Of a stretch of DNA of 64,000 nucleotides, positions 9,531 to 18,775 are shown one piece after another (position 1 is the stretch's first letter; each line of letters opens with the position of its first letter). The position numbers were made by a program, and so were the translations under genes. A model generated the notes under the pieces. The model was given only the letters and a program-made list of their open reading frames with translations, was not told the DNA's origin and did no database searches. Source of the DNA: an uncultured Gemmatimonadota bacterium (lineage in GTDB: Bacteria > Gemmatimonadota > Gemmatimonadetes > Palauibacterales > Palauibacteraceae); the NCBI GenBank assembly GCA_964392705.1, contig CAYMQZ010000001.1, forward strand, positions 8,155-72,154, written 5' to 3'.

Positions 9531-11872
9531 GGGCGGATGCTCCCCTCCGCGTCCGGAGGGGGAGCGACAGGCCTGCGGGCGCCGGCGCCGGCCTCGGCGG
9601 AGCCCGTGGGGATCGCGCCGGCGCGCGGCCCGGCCTCCTCGTCCCCGTCGTCTCCCAGCAGCTCCGCGAGCAGCGCGTCGGCCCGATAGATGCTGCGGAG
9701 CGCCTCGACGATCCCGGCCGAGTGCACGCCGATGGACCGGGCCGCCTCCGTCGTGAACACGAACTCGTTCGGGAGCTGCTCGATGTTCCCGTCGAAGGCG
9801 AGCCCCACGATCCGGGCTTCGCGGTCGATCATCGGACTCCCGCTGTTCCCGCCCGTGATGTCGTTCGTGGTGACGAAGTCGAGGGGAGCGGCGAGGGCGA
9901 CCTCGTCCCGTCGCGCCGCGAAGCTCGCGGGGAGCGTCCACGGGTCCTCGTTCCCGAACTCGGCGGCCCTCGCGTAGAGGCCGAAGTAGGTCGTGTAGGA
10001 TGGGGCGAACGTGCCGTTGTAGGGATAGCGGCGCATCACGCCGTCGCTGATGCGCAGCGTGAAGGTGGCATCCGGGGGAATCTCGGTCCCGTAGACGGCG
10101 AACAGGGCGTCGGCCAGGCGCTCCTCCGTGGCGCTCTCGGAGGCCGTGATCTCCTCCCATCGTCGCTGGAGCCCGGGCAGCGCTTCGACCATGTGCGCCG
10201 CGATTCGCAGCAGCGGGTCCTCGGCCTCCGCCGGCGCCGCCGCGCCCCCCTCCATGATCCGGTTCCGGAATTCCGGATCCAGCACCGACGTCTGGCGGAT
10301 GAGGCGCCCGGCCGCGGCCTCCGGCGACTCGCCCGACCGGAAGGCCAGCGCGCGGAACGGGTCGTCCGGGGGCAGGAACCGGTGGGCGATCCGCAGCCGC
10401 AGCTCGAGAAGCCGCGCGGCGACTTCGGGGTCGGCCCGGATCGGGCCGCGGAGCCCGGCCTCGGTCTCGGCCAGGGCCTCGCCCCGGTAGGCCGAATCCC
10501 GCTCCGCCTCGGGCAGCGCCATCTGGCGCGCGTAGCGCACGAGCGAGGCGGCGGTCGCCTCGTACGGCCCCCCGAGGAAGTCCGGATTGTTCACGTTGAG
10601 GGGCGGGCTCGTGGCGAGCTTCTCCGTCTGGATGCCGGCCATCCGATCCCAGGCTCCGGAGTAGCCGTCCGCCAGCTCGGGACGCGCGGCCACGCGGTCC
10701 CGGAACGCCCGCTGCCAGGCGATCTTCCGGCCGATCAGGGTGGTGTCGCGAAGGCCGGCGAGCTGGCCGCTGAACGCCTTCAGGCTGTTCTCGACGCTGA
10801 ACAGGTCGTCCCGGACCGCGCGCTCGGCCTCCGGTCCGCGGACGGCGATCGAGCGAAGCAGCTCCCGCTGTCCCTCGAGAATCGTCACGATGAAGGGATG
10901 CCGGAAGCGCTGCTCGTACATGACCTGGGCGACCGTCGCCAGGCGGCTGGTCGATCCGGGGTTGCCGGTGAGGAAGACGGGCTCGCCCTCCGCGGCCCCC
11001 TCCGGGTCCCATTCGAAATGGTGCGGGGTCCGGGCCGCCGTCGACCCGTCCGCCTCGTAGGCCCGGGCGAAAGCGACGTCCAGGGCGTATCGGGGATAGG
11101 TGAAATTGTCGGGATCCCCTCCGAAGAAGCCCGCCTGCAGCTCGGGGAGGAAGACCAGCTTCACCGGGCTGTAGCGGCGATACGTGTAGAGCTGGTACTG
11201 GCCCCCGTGGTAGAGCGAGACGACCTGGCACTCGAGTCCCGAGTCCGCCTCGCACGCCTCCTCGATCGCCTCGCGCTCGGCCTCCCGCGCGGCCACGGCG
11301 GCGCTGTCCGAGGCGCCCTCCGGGGCCGCCGCCTTCACGCGCGCCGTCACCTCCTCGATCTCGACCAGCTGGTCCAGGTACAGATCCGGGCAGACCAGCT
11401 CCTCCTCGGGGCTCGCGGCGTAGAACCCCTGCGTCACGTAGTCCACCGATTCCGTGGAGACCGCCTCCGCGCAGTCCCGCGCGCAGTGATGGTTGGTCAT
11501 CACGAGGCCGGCGGCCGAGACGAAGGAGGCCGAGCAGATCTCCCCGTAGCGGACCGATGAGAGGCGGACATGCTCCAGCCACGCGTCGTCGGGACGGAAT
11601 CCGTACGTCGCCTCCCAGTAGTCGAGCGGCGGGTTCTCGAACGTCCACATCGTCCCGGTCTCGAGCCCGGTCAGCTCGATGCCTTCGGCCGCCCGGAGGG
11701 AGGCCTCCGAGGGGCGAAGGGGAGCCTCCGTCGCGACCCGCTCCGGCGTCTCGCCCGGAGCCGGCACGGCTCGCGGCTCGGGCTGGGGACCAGCGGCGCT
11801 GGCGCAGCCCGCCAGGGCCACACAGCCGGCGAGCACGAACGTGGCGAGGCGAGGCGAGAGCCCGTAGCGCAT
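9527..11872 (-). CDS. S46-family dipeptidyl-peptidase (DPP7/DPP11-like serine peptidase), lipoprotein-type signal peptide
   Basis: Catalytic region TNDITGGNSGSPMIDREARIVGLAFDGN and LVMTNHHCARD are present. The start MRYGLSPRLATFVLAGCVALAGCASA has a lipobox. Confidence 0.85.
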   Translation of the reverse strand: MRYGLSPRLATFVLAGCVALAGCASAAGPQPEPRAVPAPGETPERVATEAPLRPSEASLRAAEGIELTGLETGTMWTFENPPLDYWEATYGFRPDDAWLEHVRLSSVRYGEICSASFVSAAGLVMTNHHCARDCAEAVSTESVDYVTQGFYAASPEEELVCPDLYLDQLVEIEEVTARVKAAAPEGASDSAAVAAREAEREAIEEACEADSGLECQVVSLYHGGQYQLYTYRRYSPVKLVFLPELQAGFFGGDPDNFTYPRYALDVAFARAYEADGSTAARTPHHFEWDPEGAAEGEPVFLTGNPGSTSRLATVAQVMYEQRFRHPFIVTILEGQRELLRSIAVRGPEAERAVRDDLFSVENSLKAFSGQLAGLRDTTLIGRKIAWQRAFRDRVAARPELADGYSGAWDRMAGIQTEKLATSPPLNVNNPDFLGGPYEATAASLVRYARQMALPEAERDSAYRGEALAETEAGLRGPIRADPEVAARLLELRLRIAHRFLPPDDPFRALAFRSGESPEAAAGRLIRQTSVLDPEFRNRIMEGGAAAPAEAEDPLLRIAAHMVEALPGLQRRWEEITASESATEERLADALFAVYGTEIPPDATFTLRISDGVMRRYPYNGTFAPSYTTYFGLYARAAEFGNEDPWTLPASFAARRDEVALAAPLDFVTTNDITGGNSGSPMIDREARIVGLAFDGNIEQLPNEFVFTTEAARSIGVHSAGIVEALRSIYRADALLAELLGDDGDEEAGPRAGAIPTGSAEAGAGARRPVAPPPDAEGSIRP

Positions 11873-12081
11873 CGAGCCTCCTGCGAGTTTCCGTGATCGG
11901 CTCCGGACGGTCGCCACCGCGACGACCGGACGCCTATTCTAGAGCCCCGGGCGCCGATATCATAGCGAGCCGCGGGGGGGACGGGGCGGTCGGATGCCGC
12001 GATGGGCGGGGCCGCGGTCTCCGGACAGGGGCGGGCGCGAGCCGCGCTCGGGTCGATGAGGTCACGACGCGAGGGCCGAGG

Positions 12082-12825
12082 ATGGCGGAAGGCTACAGGG
12101 CGGACCACCGCGGGCGGCTCTTCAACCTGCTGTGGCCGTTCACGCGCTACCTCGTGACCAACCTCTCGGTCTTCGCCATCGGCTGCCTCTTCTTCGTGCT
12201 GAACCGGACCCGCGTGATCGGGCGGGAGCGCGTGCCGCGCGAGAAGAACACGCTCCTCCTCTCCAACCATCAGTCGATGATCGATTCGTTCCTGGTGGGC
12301 ACCTGCGCCTACTATCCCTGGTCGTGGCTGAAGCCGTACCTGATCCCCTGGAATCCGGCCGCCGAGGAGAACTTCTACAGCAACCCGGTCCTGGCCTGGT
12401 TCTCCGACCAGTGGAAGTGCATCCCGGTGCGCGAGGGGCGGCGCGACCTGCGGGCGCTCTACCGCATGATGGAGGCGCTGCGCGACGGCACCATGACGCT
12501 GTTCCCGGAGGGGACCCGGACCCGGGACGGCTCCATCCGGGCCGGACGTCCCGGAGCCGGCCTCCTGATCCTCGGGAACCACCCTATCGTGATCCCGGTG
12601 GCGATCGACGGGATGAGCGAGGTGCTGCCGGTCGGGGCGTGGTGGCCCCGGGCGGGGAAGGAGATCTGGGTCTACTACGGGGAGCCGGTCGACTACTCGG
12701 ATCTTCTGGGTCGCGAGCGCTCCAAGGAGACCGCCCAGGAGCTCGTGGACCGGATCGTGGAGAGGATGCGCCGTCAGCTGGAGGCGATCCGGCGGCTGAG
12801 GCGGATCCGGCGGACGCGATCGTGA
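12082..12825 (+). CDS. 1-acyl-sn-glycerol-3-phosphate acyltransferase family (PlsC-like)
   Basis: HX4D motif NHQSMIDS and the FPEGTRT motif are present, with an N-terminal TM segment. ATG at 12082 with GAGG upstream. Confidence 0.8.
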   Translation: MAEGYRADHRGRLFNLLWPFTRYLVTNLSVFAIGCLFFVLNRTRVIGRERVPREKNTLLLSNHQSMIDSFLVGTCAYYPWSWLKPYLIPWNPAAEENFYSNPVLAWFSDQWKCIPVREGRRDLRALYRMMEALRDGTMTLFPEGTRTRDGSIRAGRPGAGLLILGNHPIVIPVAIDGMSEVLPVGAWWPRAGKEIWVYYGEPVDYSDLLGRERSKETAQELVDRIVERMRRQLEAIRRLRRIRRTRS

Positions 12826-13094
12826 TCGAGGGCCGAGGCGTGCGCGGGGCAGGTGCGTCTCCCGGCGCCTTTCGATAGCTTGTACCGGCGAATGGCCGAT
12901 GGCGGCGTTGCCCGTTCCAGCGCGGGAAGCCGCGAACCGTTGTCCGAATCGGTGAGATCGAGGGAGGCTCCACCATTTTCTACTGGCTCGTGACGCTGCT
13001 CATCGGACTCCTCATCGTGGGCTACGGGGTGGGATTCGCCCTCGGCTGCCGGCTGCCGGCGACGGACGAGGTCGACTCGGACCTCTAAGCTGGT

Positions 13095-13110
13095 CGCGCT
13101 GGCTAGCGCG
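13095..13110 (+). terminator. GC hairpin CGCGCU-GGCU-AGCGCG (6-bp stem, tetraloop) in the plsC-downstream spacer
   Basis: Read from the sequence. It lies 7 nt after the TAA of a candidate 30-40-aa hydrophobic peptide ORF. There is no U-tract, which is common for terminator-like hairpins in high-GC genomes. Confidence 0.3.
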
Positions 13111-13275
13111 GGTGCGCCCCGGCCCGGCTCCCGCGACAGCGAAGCCACCGCGGTCCGTCCGGACCGCAAGTGCAAGTGATCCCTGTCGATACTCCGGTGG
13201 ACATCGAGGTCTTTCCCGTGTAGTTTGGTCGAGGAGACCCGACATCTCGAGTCGAACCCGAAACCCGAGGCGACG

Positions 13276-13527
13276 ATGACGAAAACCTTCCGCGACGAGG
13301 CAGGCCGACGATGGAAGGCCTGGCTGGCGTCCCGCGACGTCTTCTGGCCGGATCCGGATGAGCCGGAGCCCGAGCCGGGATACGACGCGGTCCTCTTCGT
13401 CTGCTTTTCCGACCCGAAGGAGCCCCAGCGACGGGCGCGCGTGCCCAGTGGCTCGTTCGAGTCCCTGACCCTGGAAGACCTCAAGAAGCGCTTCCTGAGC
13501 GCGACGGCCGACCCCGCCATCCGCTGA
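13276..13527 (+). CDS. Hypothetical small protein (84 aa)
   Basis: ATG with a GAGG Shine-Dalgarno sequence 8 nt upstream. Clean ORF between plsC and pepA in a 0.8-kb otherwise non-coding stretch. I recognise no domain. Confidence 0.4.
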   Translation: MTKTFRDEAGRRWKAWLASRDVFWPDPDEPEPEPGYDAVLFVCFSDPKEPQRRARVPSGSFESLTLEDLKKRFLSATADPAIR

Positions 13528-13637
13528 GGAGGTGCGGCCGAGGCGGCGGGCCGCTGGACCGCTCGCGGCCGCGCGCGTCGTGAGGCGCGAGGGATGACCG
13601 GAACTCGAGGGCGGGCCGCTCGGCCCGCCCTTTCCAT

Positions 13638-15170
13638 ATGCCGCAGGACCCGAACCTCCGGACGGGAGAGCCGATGCGCCGGATCGAGGTGACCCGAGGG
13701 TCGCCGGAGGAGCTCGACGTGGACGTCGTGGCGGTCCCGGTGTCCCTGGGGGAGGAGACGCGGCTGGAGGGCGCGGGCGCGGTCGCCGACGCGCTCGTCG
13801 ACGGCGCCCTGGCTCGTCTGGCGCAGCGGAAGGCCTTCCGTGGCGAGGAGGGAGAGGCGCGCTGGCTGGTCCGCGCCTCGGGACCGGACGTGCTGGCAGT
13901 GGGTCTGGGTGAGGAGGGGGAGACGCCGGAGGGCGTGCGGCGGGCGGCCGGCGTGGGCGTCCGGGCCGCTCGCGAGGCCCGCGCCCGGTCCCTGGCGTTC
14001 CTCATGCCAGAGGCCGGAAGCGAAGGCTCGGCCGTCGAGATGTGGCAGGCCGCCGCCGAGGGCCTGGTCCTGGGCGACTGGAGATACGACGCCCTGCGGA
14101 GCGCGGAGGAGAGGGAGCGTCGGGCCCCGCCCCCCGAGCGAGCCCTGCTCGCGGCGGGCCGGGGCGCCGAGGGACCCTGGGAGGCGCGCCGGGAGGCGGC
14201 CGAGCGGGGACGCATCGTGGCCGAGGCCCAGAACGCGGCCCGGGAGCTGGTCACTTTGCCGGGAAACGTGGCCACCCCGCGCCGGCTGGCCGCGGCCGCG
14301 GAGGAGCTGGCAGCCGATCGCGGTCTGGCGGTCCAGGTCTGGGGCCCGGACGAGCTCCGGGAGCGCGGCTTCGGCGCGCTCCTCGCGGTGGCGCGCGGCT
14401 CGACCGAGGAGCCGCGCTTCATCATCCTGCAGCACGAAGGCGACGGGGGACGGCCCTGGTGCGTCGTGGGGAAGGGCGTCACCTTCGACAGCGGCGGGAT
14501 CTCGCTGAAGCCGGCCAGCGGCATGGAGGCCATGAAGTACGACATGGCCGGGGCCGCCGCCGTCCTCGGCATCCTGCACGCCGCTTCCCGGCTGGGACTG
14601 TCGCGCCGCGTGGTGGGCCTGATCCCGGCGACCGAGAACCTTCCCTCGGGCTCGGCGCTCAAGCCGGCCGACGTGATCCGGGGCGTGTCGGGGACGTCGA
14701 TCGAGGTGGTGAACACCGACGCCGAGGGTCGGCTCATCCTCTCCGACGCGCTGACCTACGCCTGCGGCCTGGATCCGGCGGCCGTGGTCGACCTGGCCAC
14801 CCTGACCGGAGGCTGCGTCGTGGCGCTGGGCCACCACGCGATCGGCATGATGAGCCCCGACGACGGGCTCGCGGCCGAGCTGGAGAGGGCGGGCGCCCGG
14901 AGCGGAGAGCGGGTCTGGCGGCTGCCGCTGTGGTCGGAATACCGGAAGCAGCTGGACAGCGACATCGCGGACATCAAGAACTCGGGGGGACGTGAGGCGA
15001 GTCCGATCACGGCGGGGCGGTTCCTCCAGGAGTTCGTGGGGGACGCCCGGTGGGCCCATCTGGACATCGCCGGAACGGCGTGGGCCGACGAGGAGAAGCG
15101 CTACCAGCCGAAGGGAGCGACCGGCGTCGGGGTGCGCCTCCTGGTCGACTGGCTCCGTCACGCCGACTGA
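13638..15170 (+). CDS. pepA: Leucyl aminopeptidase (M17)
   Basis: M17 signature NTDAEGRLILSDALTYA, VGKGVTFDSGGISLKP and VVGLIPATENLPSGSALKPADV. Confidence 0.92.
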   Translation: MPQDPNLRTGEPMRRIEVTRGSPEELDVDVVAVPVSLGEETRLEGAGAVADALVDGALARLAQRKAFRGEEGEARWLVRASGPDVLAVGLGEEGETPEGVRRAAGVGVRAAREARARSLAFLMPEAGSEGSAVEMWQAAAEGLVLGDWRYDALRSAEERERRAPPPERALLAAGRGAEGPWEARREAAERGRIVAEAQNAARELVTLPGNVATPRRLAAAAEELAADRGLAVQVWGPDELRERGFGALLAVARGSTEEPRFIILQHEGDGGRPWCVVGKGVTFDSGGISLKPASGMEAMKYDMAGAAAVLGILHAASRLGLSRRVVGLIPATENLPSGSALKPADVIRGVSGTSIEVVNTDAEGRLILSDALTYACGLDPAAVVDLATLTGGCVVALGHHAIGMMSPDDGLAAELERAGARSGERVWRLPLWSEYRKQLDSDIADIKNSGGREASPITAGRFLQEFVGDARWAHLDIAGTAWADEEKRYQPKGATGVGVRLLVDWLRHAD

Positions 15171-15174
15171 GCCC

Positions 15175-17007
15175 GTCCGCGGGCGCCGGCTGGCTCCCGT
15201 CGCGGCCGCGGGCCTGCTCGCCGCGGCGACGTTGCTCCCGCCGACCGGCGGGGCGGCCCAGGAGCTGCCGCCGGTGGACTCGCTGGCGGCCGTCGACACG
15301 ACCGGAGCCGCCCGGGACACGACGGAGCAGGCCCAGGAGCCTCGGCGCGTGCAGGCGTTCCCCGCTCGCCCGGCCCGCTCGCCCGGCGCCGCGCCGGAGT
15401 GGGAGTGCGACCGGGACTGTCTCCTGGCCAACCCGGACCTGACGCTCGTGGAGCTCCTGGAGCGGCACGTGCCGGGGGTGGTTCCCCTGCGCGGGGGGTA
15501 TTTCGGGGGTCCGCATCACCTGCTGCACGGGGCGTTCGGTCCCGGCTCCCTGCGATTGACGGTCGACGGTCGCGAGATCGCTCCGCTCGAGAGCGGACAG
15601 GTGGATCTGACCCGTATCTCGCTCGTCCAGCTCGATCGGGTCCGGATCGCGCGGCGCGCGGACGAGGTCTGGCTCGATCTCACCACCCACCGACACGACA
15701 GCCCGGTGGCCTACTCCCGGATCACGGCCGGAACCGGACAGCCGGGCGCCCAGATCCTCCGGGGCGTCTTCACGAACGGCCTGGGGCGCGACATCACGCT
15801 GGGCGGATGGGTCGACCTGCTGGACGTCGACGCGCCGGCGGGCAACAACGACCGGCTGGAGTTCCGGGGCCGAGCGAGCTGGATGCCGGGTACCGACCGG
15901 TTGGGCGTGCAGCTCGAATACGGGAATCAGGCGGTCTCTCGGGCCGCCGCCGATTCCGTGGAGTTCGCGCGGCGCGAGCTGCTGCTGCGGGGCCGGGCGG
16001 ATCTCTCGGAGGCCGTCCAGGCCGAGATCCGCCTGGCCACGAGCCGCTGGCGGGAGGACGCTCCGCCGGGAGCGGGCGACGAGGGGGACGAGGGCTCGGA
16101 CGACGGCGCGCGCACGGTGCGCGAGGCGGCCCTGGCGCTCCGCGCGGCGGCCGGAGACCTGGACGCGAGCGCCGAGGTGCGTTTCCTGGATGCGGCGTGG
16201 CAGCCCTCGGTCGCCGCGCGGGGCGAGGTCACGTGGCGCCCGCTCGCCCCTCTGACCCTGGACGCGGGTGCCGAGGCGGCTTCGTGGGAGGGCTTCGGCA
16301 GCTCCGAGGTGCGGGGCGGACTGCTCCTGGCTCCGGCGCTCCCGATCCCGCTTCGGCTCCGCGCGGATGCGGCGACCGGAACGCGGGGGATCCCGCGGCC
16401 GCTCACGGGCGGCGCCGAGAGCGTCTCCTTCGACGCGCTCGCCGCGGGCCTGGAGGCCGAGCTGGGCCCCTATCGGGTGCACGGGCGGGCCGGCTTCCAG
16501 AGTCTCGGACGTCGACTGCCCTTCGGGGACGCCTTCGATCGCGAGTTGACCCCGGGCCCGGAGCTGGAGGCTACGGGTCTGGAAGCGGGGATCGAGGGCC
16601 CGCTGCTTCCGGTGGGGCTCGTGGTCCCCGGTCTGGAGCCGGTTCGCCTGCGCGGATGGTGGCGGAGGGTCGAGCCGGAGATCGGCCAGCCTTTCTACCT
16701 GCCGGAAAACGTGCTGTATGGCCAGCTGGCCTTCCACGACAGCTTCTTCGAGGATGAGCTGGAGATCCGATTGGTCGCCCACGTGACGCGTCGTGACGCG
16801 GCGCTCTCGGCGCGGCCCGGCCAGACCGAGGCCGTGCCCCTGGCCGCCCACACCTGGGGAGGGGGACACTTCACCTTTCGCGTGGGCCACCTCCGGTTCT
16901 GGTACAAGACGCTGAACCCGGCCGGCCTGGACGCGCAGGAGGTTGCCGACGTCGCGTTTCCCGCCCGCGTAAACATCGTCGGTGTGCATTGGGAATTTCA
17001 TAATTGA
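15175..17007 (+). CDS. Outer-membrane protein with TonB-dependent-receptor plug-like domain; start codon unresolved
   Basis: Signal-peptide-like RGRRLAPVAAAGLLAAATLLPPTGGAAQE. Plug-like LVELLERHVPGVVPLRGGYFGG...LRLTVDGREIAPL...ISLVQLDRVRI. Beta-strand-rich C-terminus ending ...HWEFHN. There is no ATG, GTG or TTG between the pepA stop and the signal peptide. Confidence 0.5.
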   Translation, partial: VRGRRLAPVAAAGLLAAATLLPPTGGAAQELPPVDSLAAVDTTGAARDTTEQAQEPRRVQAFPARPARSPGAAPEWECDRDCLLANPDLTLVELLERHVPGVVPLRGGYFGGPHHLLHGAFGPGSLRLTVDGREIAPLESGQVDLTRISLVQLDRVRIARRADEVWLDLTTHRHDSPVAYSRITAGTGQPGAQILRGVFTNGLGRDITLGGWVDLLDVDAPAGNNDRLEFRGRASWMPGTDRLGVQLEYGNQAVSRAAADSVEFARRELLLRGRADLSEAVQAEIRLATSRWREDAPPGAGDEGDEGSDDGARTVREAALALRAAAGDLDASAEVRFLDAAWQPSVAARGEVTWRPLAPLTLDAGAEAASWEGFGSSEVRGGLLLAPALPIPLRLRADAATGTRGIPRPLTGGAESVSFDALAAGLEAELGPYRVHGRAGFQSLGRRLPFGDAFDRELTPGPELEATGLEAGIEGPLLPVGLVVPGLEPVRLRGWWRRVEPEIGQPFYLPENVLYGQLAFHDSFFEDELEIRLVAHVTRRDAALSARPGQTEAVPLAAHTWGGGHFTFRVGHLRFWYKTLNPAGLDAQEVADVAFPARVNIVGVHWEFHN

Positions 17008-17094
17008 CAACTCGTTGACGGCACTTGTATGAAGCGTTTTCATGGCATCGTTTGACCTGTCCGGAGAAGGAGACCTATCGTTACGGAGAAGAAG

Positions 17095-17979
17095 ATGATC
17101 CGGAGCATGACGGGGTTCGGCTCGGCGACCGGGGAGCGGGAGGGCGGCGCGGTGACGGCGGAGCTGCGGTCGGTGAACTCGCGTAACCTGAAGCTCGCCT
17201 TCCGGCTGCCCGAAGGCGCCGATGGCTGGGAGTCGACGCTCCGCGACCGCATCGCGGAACGCATCGGCCGCGGGTACGTGGAGGTTCGGGTCTCGACGGC
17301 CGAATCGACGTCGCCCCGCCCCGATCTGGAGCTGGACGAGGCGCGCGCCGAGGCGTTCCTGGAGGCGATCGAGGCGCTGCGGGCGAAGTACGGCCTGGCG
17401 GACGCCCCCGACCTCTCGCTCCTCCTGCAATTCGGCGGCGTGCTGCGCGAGCGGGAGGCGAGCGGCCCCGGGCCGCTGGAGGTCGAGCGGGTCGCGGAAG
17501 TGGTGGATCGCGCGCTGGTTGGACTCGTCGAGATGCGCGAGCGGGAGGGGGGGCGGTTGGAGGCCGACCTGCGCGAGCGCCTCTCGGCGCTTCGAGGCGG
17601 CGTGAGCGAGGTGGCGCGCCTGGCGCCGGCCCGGCTCGATCGGGAGCGGGAGCGGCTCCGGTCGGCCGTCTCGGAGCTCGTGGAAGGGACGGCCCTGGCC
17701 GAGGACCGGCTGGCGCGGGAGGTTGCCCTGATCGCCGACAAGTGGGACATCGGCGAGGAGATCGTGCGCACGCGCTCGCACCTCGACGCCTTCGAGGAGT
17801 ACCTGGCGGCTCCCGCGGCCGAGCCCGTCGGCAAGCGGCTGTCGTTCCTCGTCCAGGAGCTCCAGCGGGAGATCAACACCATGGGCGCGAAGGCGAACGA
17901 CCCGGGGATCACCCGGGTGGTGGTGGAGATGAAGAACGAGGTGGAACGGCTCCGGGAACAGGTGGAGAACGTCGAGTGA
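17095..17979 (+). CDS. yicC: YicC/YloC-family stress-induced protein (endoribonuclease)
   Basis: N-terminal MIRSMTGFG and full-length YicC architecture. Conserved position upstream of gmk-rpoZ. Confidence 0.88.
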   Translation: MIRSMTGFGSATGEREGGAVTAELRSVNSRNLKLAFRLPEGADGWESTLRDRIAERIGRGYVEVRVSTAESTSPRPDLELDEARAEAFLEAIEALRAKYGLADAPDLSLLLQFGGVLREREASGPGPLEVERVAEVVDRALVGLVEMREREGGRLEADLRERLSALRGGVSEVARLAPARLDRERERLRSAVSELVEGTALAEDRLAREVALIADKWDIGEEIVRTRSHLDAFEEYLAAPAAEPVGKRLSFLVQELQREINTMGAKANDPGITRVVVEMKNEVERLREQVENVE

Positions 17980-18004
17980 GCGGGCCGGGCCGGGGCAGAG
18001 GCCG

Positions 18005-18673
18005 GTGAGGGGGCGCGGAGAGGGCGGCGACGGCCTGCTGGCGCCGCCGTTCCCCGTCGCGCTGGCGGGCCCGTCCGGCGCGGGAAAGACGACCCTGTGT
18101 CGCGGTCTGGTCGAGCGGCGGGACGACCTCCGCTTCTCGGTCTCGGTCACCAGTCGCGCGCGCCGGGGGGACGAGGTGGAGGGGAGGGACTACCGCTTCC
18201 TGGAGCGCCGCGCGTTCGAGCGGCTGGCCCGCGACGAGGAGCTGCTGGAATGGGCGGAAGTCCACGGCGAGCTGTACGGCACGCCGCGCTCGGAGCTGGA
18301 GGCCGCCCGGGCCGCCGGTCGGCACCTGCTGCTGGACATCGACGTGCAGGGAGTGCGATCGGTGAAGCGGCACGTGCCCGAGACGCTCGCCATCTTCATC
18401 CTTCCTCCGACCGGCGAGCGGGTCCTGACCCGACTTCGCGGACGGGGCAGCGAAGACGAGGCGACGCTCCGCGGGCGGATGCGCACGGCCGTGGCCGAGC
18501 TCCGGGCCATCCAGGAGTTCGACTACGCGGTGGTCAACGACGAGCTGGAGGAGGCGCTCGACGCGATCGGCGCCATTCTGGACGCCGAGGCCCGGCGCCT
18601 GAGCCGCATCGGGGAGCGAGCCGCGGCTCGCGGCCGGCGGCTGGCGGATGAAATCGAACGTGCGATGGCGTAA
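18005..18673 (+). CDS. gmk: Guanylate kinase
   Basis: P-loop GPSGAGKTTL, SVTSRARRGDEVEGRDYRF, GELYGTP. GTG start. Confidence 0.92.
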   Translation: MRGRGEGGDGLLAPPFPVALAGPSGAGKTTLCRGLVERRDDLRFSVSVTSRARRGDEVEGRDYRFLERRAFERLARDEELLEWAEVHGELYGTPRSELEAARAAGRHLLLDIDVQGVRSVKRHVPETLAIFILPPTGERVLTRLRGRGSEDEATLRGRMRTAVAELRAIQEFDYAVVNDELEEALDAIGAILDAEARRLSRIGERAAARGRRLADEIERAMA

Positions 18674-18775
18674 GTTGTATCACTCCGGACCGGGCGCGGT
18701 GGCGATGGCCCGGCTCGGGGCCCGAAAAGCCACGATGCGGAACGAACGCGGGAATCGATACAGGAGAGGTCGGGG

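Noticed and set aside
8232-11648. 1138-aa minus-strand ORF treated as one protein
   Set aside because: Only the C-terminal 432 aa (flavoprotein, GTG at 9530) make sense. The upstream part runs in an alternative frame through the S46 peptidase gene, whose own frame carries the conserved catalytic motifs.
12774-15431. 885-aa minus-strand ORF antisense to the small protein, pepA and the start of the outer-membrane protein. Four similar giant antisense ORFs were seen: 15007-18150 (1047 aa), 18523-21306 (927 aa), 21062-23947 (961 aa) and 46854-49820 (988 aa).
   Set aside because: Their translations are Arg/Pro/Gly/Ala-rich low-complexity sequences with no motifs. Each lies opposite strongly conserved genes (pepA, yicC/gmk, coaBC/udg, dnaB/radA, nuoE/F/G). 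Long stop-free antisense frames are expected at about 70% GC with GC3-rich codons.
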